A stretch of DNA of 64,000 nt, from NCBI GenBank assembly GCA_046598345.1, contig JBKJIT010000003.1, positions 273,258 through 337,257 on the forward strand, given 5' to 3'. The stretch is from Minisyncoccia bacterium (GTDB taxonomy: Bacteria > Patescibacteriota > Minisyncoccia > Phycocordibacterales > UBA918). Shown here in pieces: positions 46,461 to 55,935 of this stretch. Numbering within the stretch: position 1 is the first letter of the stretch; each line of letters opens with the position of its first letter. The translations under genes and the position numbers were made by a program. The notes beneath the pieces are model-generated. The model made no database searches and was not told the DNA's origin. It saw nothing but the letters and a program-made list of their open reading frames with translations.

Positions 46461-47027
46461 ATGACAAATGAAAATGAAACGCAAAAACGAATAGGAAAAG
46501 TGAGCGAAGCAGTACTTCTCACTGTTGGAGTAACAGGGTTACTTGCTGTGGCAGTTGTCGCCCCCAACATGCTTTCTCTTTTTGGAAAGGTATATAAAGG
46601 AAATAAGCATACTGCAAAACAAACAATACAAAGAAGTGTTGTATCACTTATACGATCCGGATTAGTAAAGGAAGTCAAACATAAAAATGGAAAGACAATG
46701 CTTGAAGTGACCAAAAGAGGCAAATGGGAGATTTTTCTAAGACATCAAAAAATAGAAAACGTAAAAACTAAAACATGGGATAAAAAGTGGAGAGTCGTCG
46801 TGTTTGATGTTCCAGAAGAAAAGAAAAAAATGAGGATAGAGTTACGACGCGGTATGGTCATGTATGGTTTTTATATGATTCAAAAGAGTGTATGGGTCTA
46901 TCCATATCCTTGCGATGATTTTGTTGCGTTACTCAAGGATCATCTTAGCCTTAAATCAGAAGTACTTTATTTTACTGCGAATCTTATGGAAGACGACGTC
47001 TCACTACGTAAAGTATTCAAACTGTAG
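46461..47027 (+). CDS. Membrane-anchored wHTH protein with Cas2-like / PaaX-C-like C-terminal domain
   Basis: N-terminal TM helix; basic wHTH-like segment; C-terminal WRVVVFDVPEEKKKMRIELRRGMVMYGFYMIQKSVWVY matches the Cas2 beta-alpha-beta core pattern. Confidence 0.4.
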   Translation: MTNENETQKRIGKVSEAVLLTVGVTGLLAVAVVAPNMLSLFGKVYKGNKHTAKQTIQRSVVSLIRSGLVKEVKHKNGKTMLEVTKRGKWEIFLRHQKIENVKTKTWDKKWRVVVFDVPEEKKKMRIELRRGMVMYGFYMIQKSVWVYPYPCDDFVALLKDHLSLKSEVLYFTANLMEDDVSLRKVFKL

Positions 47028-47189
47028 ATAGCAGATAATTAACGATCGTCACACATCAGCTATTTTAAATTTCAGAATAGTTTTTTTGAATGAGTTGGAG
47101 GAACGTTATCCACCATGTAAAAACTGTGAAGAGGGGATTGGTGGAATAATAGAGATAGAATTGTTGCAATTTGAAAAAGGAGCACAAGC

Positions 47190-47576
47190 ATGGAGATGTT
47201 TGAGCAAAAACAGCCTAAACTGGATATGAGGCTTATGCTTCCATCTGAGGAGCGCTTTCTTATCTATGATGTAGACGAAAAACCAACTCAGCAATTCCCA
47301 GCACTTAAAGGGGGAGAGTTGATCTTTGTAAGGTATCGCACATGGAGAGGTCGAAAGCTGAATGATGTCATCGGGCCCATTCATCTGCGCCGAGGTACTG
47401 CTTTCGGAAAGGTGTATGCAGTCCAGGATCCATTTTACGAAAAAGCATACAACATTCAAACGCTATTGCTCCGAAATCTTCAAGAAAAACTTGTCATTAT
47501 TCCTCGTCGGTCAATAAGCAGAATCTATCACTGCGTGTCTTATGTGGAGTGTATGGCAAGAAATAGGCATGAATAA
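47190..47576 (+). CDS. Hypothetical protein (128 aa)
   Basis: AAGGAG RBS 7 nt upstream of ATG; followed by hairpin terminator 47576-47605. Confidence 0.4.
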   Translation: MEMFEQKQPKLDMRLMLPSEERFLIYDVDEKPTQQFPALKGGELIFVRYRTWRGRKLNDVIGPIHLRRGTAFGKVYAVQDPFYEKAYNIQTLLLRNLQEKLVIIPRRSISRIYHCVSYVECMARNRHE

Positions 47577-47635
47577 CACCGCATTTGCTACGGCAGATGC
47601 GGTGTTTGTCGTTCTGAATAGTAGGATTATTGACC

Positions 47636-47902
47636 TTAAATATCCTCTTTAAGCTGCTGCATTTTTTCAACGTCAGCAAGCGCTGCTTCTGCACTATTTA
47701 AATCCTTCATGGTTATATTCGCATCTTCTACTTGTGTAATGAGAAAGTCATTTACCATAGTAGCGTCAGTGAGTATGTTGCTGATTTCCCCAACTAAGGC
47801 CGTATCTACGTCACTATCAGATAACGGAGCGTCAATAAGTGCATCAATGTCTGCCGCAATCATTTCATCAATCTTTGTTTGATCATTGTTATCTTGATCC
47901 AT
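47636..47902 (-). CDS. Hypothetical highly acidic protein (88 aa)
   Basis: Asp/Glu-rich, no TM; 4 nt downstream of the coiled-coil gene on the same strand. Confidence 0.35.
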   Translation of the reverse strand: MDQDNNDQTKIDEMIAADIDALIDAPLSDSDVDTALVGEISNILTDATMVNDFLITQVEDANITMKDLNSAEAALADVEKMQQLKEDI

Positions 47903-47906
47903 AGTT

Positions 47907-48944
47907 TTAAAGCGAATTTATTTTTCTAATTACCAGTAATATTTTAATTCCTGCATCAGGTTCTTGACTTGAGCGAAGTTCCTCGAGCTTCTTTTCGAAA
48001 GCAGCTTTAATTTTTTCATTAACCTCAACCACCGACAAACCTAACTCGCGGTATTTTTCTTGCATCGCGGTAATACCCTTGTCATAAACATTAATGATGA
48101 TCGCATCTTTTTTTTCCACTAACGAACTGGTATCAGCATCTACAGATTTCTCTGCTTGGTCTTTTATAAGGGTAAGTACCTCCTCATAAGAATCCTCATC
48201 AAAAAGATTCTCATGAGACCGTCTTTGTATAAGATTCAGACGCTCTTTTACTAATGCTTTATGGTTTCCTGATTGGATTGCAACTGCAATTTTATCAGTA
48301 ACATTTTCATTAAGTGATGATTCCAATTTCAAAAAACCTTCATTTTCCTTCAGGTCTGATTTAAGTTGGTAGATTTGAGCTTGAAAGGTTTCGATGTCTA
48401 CTTTGCTCACATCAGTGCTCAGTTTTAATTGAGCTATTTCTTCAGTAAGACGTTTCGCCTCAGTTCTATTCTGCTTCCAGATAGACCGTTTGAAAAGACG
48501 ATTCTTCCAGGTTTGAGTCCCTTCAGCCACGTTTAGAGATTCAGTAGACTGTTCAATTTTTGATGATTCGCTAATTCTTTTTTGAAGAGCTTCCATTAAT
48601 TTCTTGTTTGAGTCAAGAAATGTGGACACTTTTTGTGTAAAGCCAATAAATTCATCCGGATTGCGCGCTGCCAGATTTTCAAGACTCTGTACAAAGTTAC
48701 CTTCGATTGCACTGGTGTAAGATGCGCCATACTGTGTAATGATCAATTTCTTCAGAGTCTCCTTGGATGTCTTAAGTCCCTTATACACGTCCATCATTTC
48801 TTTTAGTTGTTGATTATTTTTGACTCTTTCTTCGGCATCATCATGTGCACGAATAAAACGAAGAAAATCATTATCATTTAGGTGTGCGTTAATTGATGAA
48901 GCTTCAGTTTCTGTAGAATTTTGCTGTCCTTCTGGATTGGTCAT
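47907..48944 (-). CDS. Hypothetical coiled-coil protein (345 aa)
   Basis: AT-rich; extended heptad-like K/E/L/Q-rich segments. Confidence 0.4.
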   Translation of the reverse strand: MTNPEGQQNSTETEASSINAHLNDNDFLRFIRAHDDAEERVKNNQQLKEMMDVYKGLKTSKETLKKLIITQYGASYTSAIEGNFVQSLENLAARNPDEFIGFTQKVSTFLDSNKKLMEALQKRISESSKIEQSTESLNVAEGTQTWKNRLFKRSIWKQNRTEAKRLTEEIAQLKLSTDVSKVDIETFQAQIYQLKSDLKENEGFLKLESSLNENVTDKIAVAIQSGNHKALVKERLNLIQRRSHENLFDEDSYEEVLTLIKDQAEKSVDADTSSLVEKKDAIIINVYDKGITAMQEKYRELGLSVVEVNEKIKAAFEKKLEELRSSQEPDAGIKILLVIRKINSL

Positions 48945-49089
48945 GATTTAAAATCTAACTAAATAAACTTAATTATGAAGATAGTATACCTTTAAAAAGG
49001 TTATTCTGTGAATGTGAGTGAGAGAGGACTTTATTTTTGCACAACTTCTTCGATCCCTCGCCCAAAAACTCTTCTGAAGAAGAGCGTTT

Positions 49090-49161
49090 GAGGCCAGAAC
49101 GGGAATCGAACCCGTGCGTGTCGGTTTTGCAGACCGAAGCGTTACCACTTCGCCACCTGGC
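49090..49161 (-). tRNA. tRNA-Cys (anticodon GCA)
   Basis: Reverse complement: acceptor GGCCAGG/TCTGGCC, anticodon loop CTGCAAA, T-arm ACGGG-TTCGATT-CCCGT, discriminator U. Confidence 0.8.
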
Positions 49162-49228
49162 CAAGAACCCGCTTAATGTAACACTTTTTTATACCCGAAC
49201 CAAGGAGTTATGCTATGATACCGCGCAT

Positions 49229-49312
49229 GTCCGGGTGGTGTAATTGGTAGCCACGCAAGACTTAAAATTTTGTGGCCGTAAGGCCGTGCGGGTTCGATTC
49301 CCGCCCCGGACA
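49229..49312 (+). tRNA. tRNA-Leu (anticodon TAA)
   Basis: Acceptor GTCCGGG/CCCGGAC, anticodon loop CTTAAAA, long variable arm TGGCCGTAAGGCCGT, T-arm GCGGG-TTCGATT-CCCGC. Confidence 0.85.
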
Positions 49313-49420
49313 CTAAGATTGTGAGATTACTTACTTGAGCTCATACTTTTGATGTACCAATTAGTTCCTTGTTTTTACGGACGAGGTTTAGTACACTCAC
49401 AGCTGTTGAATTGATTATAT

Positions 49421-49493
49421 CCGCCCATAGCTCAGCTGGTAGAGCAGATCCCTCTTAAGGATAAGGTCCTAGGTTCGATCCCTAGTGGGCGGA
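49421..49493 (+). tRNA. tRNA-Lys (anticodon CTT)
   Basis: Acceptor CCGCCCA/TGGGCGG, D-arm GCTC-AGCTGGTA-GAGC, anticodon loop CTCTTAA, T-arm CTAGG-TTCGATC-CCTAG. Confidence 0.85.
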
Positions 49494-49508
49494 CAAGTGT
49501 AAAAATAT

Positions 49509-49593
49509 GCGTGGGTGGCGTAATTGGTAGCCGCACTAGTCTTAGGAACTAGTGGAGAAATCCGTGGAGGTTCAAGTCCTCTCCCACGCACCA
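49509..49593 (+). tRNA. tRNA-Leu (anticodon TAG), CCA encoded
   Basis: Acceptor GCGTGGG/CCCACGC, anticodon loop CTTAGGA, variable arm TGGAGAAATCCGT, T-arm GGAGG-TTCAAGT-CCTCT, then ACCA. Confidence 0.85.
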
Positions 49594-49800
49594 TGAGAAA
49601 TGCTCGACCTTTGTCGGGCTTTTCTTATGGTTGGAGGACTTGAAAAGGTTGTCAAAATTTTTGAATAAAATTTCATACAACCTGTACCGTTCATCTAAGC
49701 ACAGCTTTCTTAAACGTCATTCGCACCTTAAGTCTAAGCAAGCTTCGACTTTGGTACTCATTAGTTTAAGTAATGAAAGATTCCCGTCCTGGCCTCAAAA

Positions 49801-49838
49801 GTAATACAAAAGCCGGCATGTGCCGGCTTTTGTATTAC
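49801..49838. terminator. Bidirectional terminator (18-bp perfect stem) between the tRNA cluster and rbfA
   Basis: gtaatacaaaagccggca-tg-tgccggcttttgtattac; overlaps the rbfA stop codon. Confidence 0.6.
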
Positions 49839-50179
49839 TTTTGTTTTTCCTCATCGATTTTTTGAACTACCGTGTCGATATGCTGTCTATGACGTTCGCC
49901 GTAATCAATTTGAAATTCTACGTTGGGGATGACGCGGAGACGACTGTGCTTCTTAATATAGGTTCTGAGGTCACGCCCTTTTCGTTTGAGAAAGATAAGT
50001 GCATCAGCCTCACCACCGTCAGGTATTGTCGTAAAAAAGACAGTAACATTTTTTGAATCGGGTGACGTGTTCACGTTCGTGACCGTGATAAGCGGATTTT
50101 GGTTCGCTTCATTACGAATGAAGGTAGCAACAACTTCCATAAGAACTGACTTAGCGCGGTCTTGGCGATCGAAAGTCAT
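49835..50179 (-). CDS. rbfA: Ribosome-binding factor A
   Basis: KH-like RbfA pattern (ITVTNVNTSPDSKNVTVFFT); directly downstream of infB on the same strand. Confidence 0.75.
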   Translation of the reverse strand: MTFDRQDRAKSVLMEVVATFIRNEANQNPLITVTNVNTSPDSKNVTVFFTTIPDGGEADALIFLKRKGRDLRTYIKKHSRLRVIPNVEFQIDYGERHRQHIDTVVQKIDEEKQK

Positions 50180-50181
50180 AC

Positions 50182-51681
50182 TTAGGTAATTACTATATCG
50201 AATGCCTCGATGTAGTCTCCAGGAGCAAGTTCTACTTTTGAATCAAGTTGCATGCCAAATTCACTTACCGCAACGCTCTCCACGTTTGATTTTTGTTGCT
50301 GAAGATTCTTGATGATTCCTTTTCCAAGCTCTATATCTCGGCGCATGATGCGAACTTGCTGATTGAGTGTCAGTGATCCTTCTTCTACACGTGCACCAAG
50401 TACATGCGCATGCTTCTGTGAACTAAAGTGTTTCAATATCTTTGCGCGTCCAGTGACCCGCTCTTCCTCTTTTTTTGGCGTTCGATCCTTCAGTGCACCT
50501 TCAAGCCATTCGGAGAGTTTGTAGATAATATCAAACGTATTTATCTCAACTGAGAGCCGCTCCGCGATATCAATAGCTGAACGTTCTGTTTTTACGTTAA
50601 ATCCGACGATAATCGCATTTTTTGTTGCACTAACACTCTGTACATCGCTGGCGCTAATATCTCCCACCCCACTTCCAATAATGCGAACTGCGACACGGTC
50701 TGAGGTGAATTTCGCAAGCTCATGCTTAATAGCATCAATTGTCCCGAGTACGTCTGCTTTGATGAGGAGGGGAATAGTGGGTGTGTCAGTATTTTGCTTT
50801 GGAGCGTCATCTGGTTTTACCGCATGAGTACGAACACACTCCTCGGCCTCTTTTTTTGAAGCCACAGTATAAAATTGTGCTCCCACCTCTGGCGTTTCAG
50901 TCCATCCGACGATACCAACAGGTTCTGAGAGGGTCGCTTCCTTGAGCGCCTTACCACTCCAGTCTTCCATGATGCGCACTGGCGCAAACGCTCGACCAGA
51001 GACTATAAAAGTACCCGAAGCAAGCGTTCCATTTTCCACAATCACCGTTGCTGTGTTTCCTCGCTTACTATCCATTCGGCCTTCAATGATGACACCAACT
51101 GCCGGTGCGCTCGGGTCACCCGTGAGTTCTGCAAGTTCTGCAGTTAGGAGTAGTACGTCGAGAAGCTCATCAACGCCCTCACCTGATTTTGCAGAAATAG
51201 GAACATACGAAATGTTTCCACCCATTCCTTCGATATAAATACCATTTTCAATGAGGCTTGACTGCGTCCGCACGAGATTCGCATTTGGCTTATCAATCTT
51301 GTTGATTGCAACGATATACGGAATACCCGTTTTTACAATGCATTGGAGTGCCTCAAGCGTTTGCGGCATTACCCCGTCTTCTGCAGAAACAATGAGAATT
51401 GCGATATCGGCAACATCAGCGCCACGAAAGCGCATTTTCTGGAAGGCCTCGTGTCCTGGAGTATCGAGAAACGTAATCTTCTTCTGCACACCTTCCTTTG
51501 TCGTGTGCTCAACGACATACGCAGAAAGATGCTGGGTGATGCCTCCCACTTCTGAATCGACGACATTTGATTTCCGAATATAGTCGAGAAGCGTTGATTT
51601 CCCATGATCAATATGCCCCATGATTACGACAACGGGAGGTCGGGGCACGATCAATTCTTTGGTTTCTTTTTTCTTTGGCAT
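50182..51681 (-). CDS. infB: Translation initiation factor IF-2 (short form without long N-terminal region)
   Basis: G-domain GHIDHGKST, DTPGH, NKID; IF-2 domain II and C-terminal beta-barrels; 499 aa. Confidence 0.9.
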   Translation of the reverse strand: MPKKKETKELIVPRPPVVVIMGHIDHGKSTLLDYIRKSNVVDSEVGGITQHLSAYVVEHTTKEGVQKKITFLDTPGHEAFQKMRFRGADVADIAILIVSAEDGVMPQTLEALQCIVKTGIPYIVAINKIDKPNANLVRTQSSLIENGIYIEGMGGNISYVPISAKSGEGVDELLDVLLLTAELAELTGDPSAPAVGVIIEGRMDSKRGNTATVIVENGTLASGTFIVSGRAFAPVRIMEDWSGKALKEATLSEPVGIVGWTETPEVGAQFYTVASKKEAEECVRTHAVKPDDAPKQNTDTPTIPLLIKADVLGTIDAIKHELAKFTSDRVAVRIIGSGVGDISASDVQSVSATKNAIIVGFNVKTERSAIDIAERLSVEINTFDIIYKLSEWLEGALKDRTPKKEEERVTGRAKILKHFSSQKHAHVLGARVEEGSLTLNQQVRIMRRDIELGKGIIKNLQQQKSNVESVAVSEFGMQLDSKVELAPGDYIEAFDIVIT

Positions 51682-51844
51682 AACGTTATGAGACGGCTTG
51701 GAGATGAGGAAATGAAAAACGCCTCGTAAGGCGGAGCTGTCTTTGAAGCCGAGTATAGCAGAGATTTCTCACACTGTCGTGGGGGAATGGGCATGTACGC
51801 AGTCTGATATTTACACATTCCCGGCTCCATGACATTATGCGCGT

Positions 51845-53098
51845 ATGACGTTTTGGGACAACATACGATCTATTTTTGTGGAAAAGAGCACGCACGAGAA
51901 ACGTATATACCTCGACTACGCTGCGGCTACTCCAATCCGCAAAGAGGTTTTAGAGGTTATGCAGCCTTTTTTTACCGAGCAGTTTGGAAACGCGAGTGCA
52001 ATTCATGCGGAGGGCATATCTGCGAGGAAGGCAATTGAAAGTGCACGTAAAGAGCTCGCAACAGTCCTTAAAATTAGAAAAGAGGATGTGATCTTTACAT
52101 CAGGAGGTACTGAATCGAATCATCTGGCGCTCAGTGGATGCATTGAGTGGATACACCTAAATGGTGGGCGTGCGTATGCCGATATGCACATCGTGACAAC
52201 GGAAATTGAGCACCCGTCTGTTCTTGAGGCAGTGAGCACGCTTCAAGCGAAAGGAGTGCGTGTCACGTATCTTCCTGTTACTGAAGAAGGTTTGGTGGAA
52301 CAGGAGGTGTTCGAGAGCTCGCTTACTACAGAGACGGTTCTCATTAGCATTGCGTATGTAAATTCTGAAATTGGAGTCGTGCAAGACATAAAGCGGCTCA
52401 CACGCGGAGTGCGTGCATATGAGCGAGAACACGGCACGTCAATTCTTGTTCATGTAGATGCGAGCCAAGCACCGCTTTGGTTACCGTGCCAGCTAGATCA
52501 GCTCGGTGTGGAGATGATGACACTCGACGCAGGGAAGTGTTATGGGCCAAAGGGAGTTGGGGTCCTCGCATTTCGACATGGAGTCAAGATGGAAGCCATG
52601 CAGCGGGGTGGATCCCAGGAATCAGGCCTCCGAGCGGGTACGGAGAACACCCCCTTCATCATTGGTGCAGTGGAAGCGTTTACAATTGCACAAGCCTCAT
52701 GGAAGGAACGGAGCGTTCGAGTGGCCAAGGTTCGAGATTTTTTCATTTCAGAACTCCTTCACACTGTTTCTGGTTCAATACTGAATGGTCCATCTACAGA
52801 GCGAGTCGCTAATAACGTGAATATTTCTATTCCAGGCATTGATACCGAGTTTGCAGTCGTTGTACTTGATTCGATGGGTGTTGCGGCTTCTACTAAGAGC
52901 GCCTGTGCCGGAGGGGATAGCGGAGGGTCTACGGTGGTATTTGCGCTCCATAAGGACATTGCACGAGCGGCTTCGACAATGCGATTTTCGCTCGGAGAAA
53001 CAACGGTACAAAGTGACGTAGCGAAGGTCGTTCGTATCTTACATGGGCATGTACACAAGATGCGTGCCTTCCACGAAACCCACACACCTAAGGTTTGA
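51845..53098 (+). CDS. iscS: Cysteine desulfurase (class V aminotransferase, IscS/NifS-like)
   Basis: PLP-Lys region SGHKCYGPKG-like (AGKCYGPKGVG), SGGTESNH motif, active-site Cys loop STKSACAGG. Confidence 0.75.
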   Translation: MTFWDNIRSIFVEKSTHEKRIYLDYAAATPIRKEVLEVMQPFFTEQFGNASAIHAEGISARKAIESARKELATVLKIRKEDVIFTSGGTESNHLALSGCIEWIHLNGGRAYADMHIVTTEIEHPSVLEAVSTLQAKGVRVTYLPVTEEGLVEQEVFESSLTTETVLISIAYVNSEIGVVQDIKRLTRGVRAYEREHGTSILVHVDASQAPLWLPCQLDQLGVEMMTLDAGKCYGPKGVGVLAFRHGVKMEAMQRGGSQESGLRAGTENTPFIIGAVEAFTIAQASWKERSVRVAKVRDFFISELLHTVSGSILNGPSTERVANNVNISIPGIDTEFAVVVLDSMGVAASTKSACAGGDSGGSTVVFALHKDIARAASTMRFSLGETTVQSDVAKVVRILHGHVHKMRAFHETHTPKV

Positions 53099-53197
53099 CT
53101 TAAGATAAAAACATTGTATTATTGGGTTATTACGCGAAGTTCGCGAATACGGCCTCTTTGGATCGCGGTTCTTTCGTAGTTTAAGTAATAGAACGTC

Positions 53198-55885
53198 ATG
53201 CCAAATTTTCAGAATTTTACATCCCGTGCAAAAGAAGCCATTCGTAAAGCACACGAACTCGCCATTGAGCGAGGTCAAAATCATGTCAGCCCAACGCACC
53301 TACTTGCTGCCCTTGTGATGCAGGACGAGAATACGGTGATCTCACTTCTCGATCGTCTTGATATCGATGTCATTGCATTTACTGACCTCCTCATTGAGGC
53401 ACTTGAGAATCCTGGAATGAATCAGACCATCTCTCAGTCGTATCAACTGTATCTCACCCCAGACCTCGCTCAAGCGCTTGAACAATCGGGTCGGATCGCG
53501 CAACAGTTGAACGACTCATATGTAGGAGTGGAACATCTCTTCCTTGCACTTCTCGAGTACCCAGGACCTGCAGTTGAAGTTATTCAGCGTATGGGTATTG
53601 ATAAACGACAGGTACAAAACGCGCTCAAAGAAGTGCGTGAAAATGCTGTCGAGGATGTACAGACACCCAAAAAATTTCGAGCGCTTTCGAAGTATGCTCG
53701 CAACTTAACAAAGCTCGCACAGGAAAATAAACTCGATCCGGTTATCGGTCGTGATATGGAAATCCAGCGCGTGATTCAAATTCTTTCACGTCGTACTAAA
53801 AATAATCCAGTCCTCATTGGTGAGGCGGGTGTAGGAAAGACGGCGATTGCAGAAGGTTTAGCTAGTGCAATTGTGCAGGGAAATGTTCCTGAATCAATTA
53901 AAGGAAAGGAGATTCTTTCACTTGACCTCGGACTCCTCGTAGCGGGAACAAAATTCCGGGGTGAGTTCGAAGAACGCCTTAAGACAGTCATGAAAGAAGT
54001 TGAACAAGCACACGGCGAGGTTATTCTTTTCATCGATGAGCTTCATACGATTGTGGGTGCGGGGCAAGCAGAGGGGTCAATGGATGCTTCAAATATGCTG
54101 AAGCCTGCGCTCGCACGGGGTGAACTTCATGTCATTGGCGCAACGACACTCAAGGAGTATCAGAAACATATTGAGCGAGATCCGGCGCTCACACGACGAT
54201 TCCAGCCAGTTCATGTTAATGAGCCGTCGACTGAAGATGCAATTGCGATTCTTCGTGGTGTGGCTGAGAAGTATGAAATTTTCCATGGCGTACGCATTAC
54301 TGATGACGCAATTATTTCAGCGGTAAATCTTTCAAGCCGGTATATTACCGACAGGTTCCTTCCTGATAAAGCAGTAGATCTTGTTGATGAGGCTGCGTCT
54401 GCACTTCGTATTTCGCTCGAAAATAAGCCTGAGGAACTCGTCATTGCAGATCGTGCAGTGCGACGACTTGAAATTGAGAGGGAAGCACTCAAGAAGGAAG
54501 AAGAAGTTTCTGAACACCCACAGAAGATAAAGGCGCGTCTTAAAGAAATTGAGCGCGAGATTGGGGAACTTAAGCAACGCACTTCAGCACTGGAAACGAA
54601 GTGGAATAACGAAAAGGACGCGGTTAATGAGATTCGCGAAATGAAGAAAGAACTTGAAGAGCTTAGGCTCGAGGCTGATTCTGCGGAAGCGACTGCTGAT
54701 CTTACCAAGGCTGCAGAAATTCGGTATGCGACAATTCCAAGAACTGAAAAGGACCTTGAAATGAAATCATCCAAATTAAAAAAGCTACAGCGTACGAGGC
54801 GTCTCCTTAAGGAAGAGGTGACTGAAGAAGATATTGCTTCCGTGGTCTCTCAGTGGACAGGAATTCCCGTTGCTAGAATGCTGGAAGAGGAAGCGAAAAA
54901 GCTTTCACGTATGGAGGAAGTCTTAACCGAGCGTGTGGTGGGGCAGAAAGAAGCGGTAAAGCGTATTAGTGATGCGATTAAGCGCTCACGGGCAGGTATT
55001 GCTGACCCGAACCGTCCTATCGGTTCATTCCTTTTCCTTGGCCCTACGGGAGTTGGTAAGACTGAACTATCTAAAGTCCTTGCTGAATTCCTCTTTGATG
55101 ATGAATCAGCGCTTGTGCGCATAGACATGAGTGAATACATGGAGAAGCATTCCGTTTCGAAGATTATTGGTTCGCCGCCTGGATACGTCGGTCATGAGGA
55201 GGGTGGAGCAATTACGGAACGAGTTCGTCACCGACCGTACTCGGTCATTCTTTTTGACGAGATTGAGAAAGCCCATCCAGAAGTCTTCAACATTTTGCTT
55301 CAGGTGCTTGATTCAGGACACCTCACTGATGCAAAGGGTCGCAAGGTGAACTTCAAAAATACAGTCATTATCATGACGTCAAACATCGGTGCCGAACACA
55401 TTGACCGGATGTCGAAATTTGGATTCACCAAGAAGAGCGACGATGCGAGTCAGTATGAACAGGCGAAGACGAAGGTGCAGGAGAGCCTTAAAAACTTCTT
55501 CCGTCCGGAATTTCTCAATCGCCTTGATGAAGTTATTATCTTCGACATTCTTTCTGCAGAGACTATTCGAAGTATTGTCGAGATGCAAATTAAGATGGTA
55601 TGGGAGCGCCTCGCTGCAAAGGAGATTGAGTTAACAGTTACCCCTGAAGTTATCGATTATATTGCTAAGGAAGGGTATGATCCAAAGTTTGGCGCGCGTC
55701 CCCTAAAGCGTGTCATTCAGTCGAAAATTCTTACACCCGTTGCCTCTATGATGGTGGGTGAGGGAATCCTTCAAGGAGGTATTGTTTCAGTCTCAATGAA
55801 AAAAGATGAGCCGTATTTCGATGTAAAACGAAAGGGTAAAGGGACTCAGAAGAAGCAGGCGGCAAAAAAGACGGTAGTGGCATAA
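53198..55885 (+). CDS. clpB: ATP-dependent chaperone ClpB
   Basis: Clp N-domain repeats, two AAA+ modules ([20 protein letters not shown]), long M-domain coiled coil between them; 895 aa. Confidence 0.9.
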   Translation: MPNFQNFTSRAKEAIRKAHELAIERGQNHVSPTHLLAALVMQDENTVISLLDRLDIDVIAFTDLLIEALENPGMNQTISQSYQLYLTPDLAQALEQSGRIAQQLNDSYVGVEHLFLALLEYPGPAVEVIQRMGIDKRQVQNALKEVRENAVEDVQTPKKFRALSKYARNLTKLAQENKLDPVIGRDMEIQRVIQILSRRTKNNPVLIGEAGVGKTAIAEGLASAIVQGNVPESIKGKEILSLDLGLLVAGTKFRGEFEERLKTVMKEVEQAHGEVILFIDELHTIVGAGQAEGSMDASNMLKPALARGELHVIGATTLKEYQKHIERDPALTRRFQPVHVNEPSTEDAIAILRGVAEKYEIFHGVRITDDAIISAVNLSSRYITDRFLPDKAVDLVDEAASALRISLENKPEELVIADRAVRRLEIEREALKKEEEVSEHPQKIKARLKEIEREIGELKQRTSALETKWNNEKDAVNEIREMKKELEELRLEADSAEATADLTKAAEIRYATIPRTEKDLEMKSSKLKKLQRTRRLLKEEVTEEDIASVVSQWTGIPVARMLEEEAKKLSRMEEVLTERVVGQKEAVKRISDAIKRSRAGIADPNRPIGSFLFLGPTGVGKTELSKVLAEFLFDDESALVRIDMSEYMEKHSVSKIIGSPPGYVGHEEGGAITERVRHRPYSVILFDEIEKAHPEVFNILLQVLDSGHLTDAKGRKVNFKNTVIIMTSNIGAEHIDRMSKFGFTKKSDDASQYEQAKTKVQESLKNFFRPEFLNRLDEVIIFDILSAETIRSIVEMQIKMVWERLAAKEIELTVTPEVIDYIAKEGYDPKFGARPLKRVIQSKILTPVASMMVGEGILQGGIVSVSMKKDEPYFDVKRKGKGTQKKQAAKKTVVA

Positions 55886-55886
55886 A

Positions 55887-55918
55887 GAAAACCCCCGGGC
55901 GCAGCCCGGGGGTTTTCT
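55887..55918. terminator. Bidirectional terminator after clpB
   Basis: gaaaacccccgggc-gcag-cccgggggttttc. Confidence 0.6.
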
Positions 55919-55935
55919 TTATGTATACTTTCTTA

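Noticed and set aside
48973-49243. ORFs 48973..49164(-) and 49037..49243(+)
   Set aside because: Overlap tRNA-Cys on both strands. Spurious.
54211-54774. 187-aa Ser-rich ORF antisense to clpB
   Set aside because: Antisense artefact of the Glu/Lys/Leu-rich ClpB M-domain.
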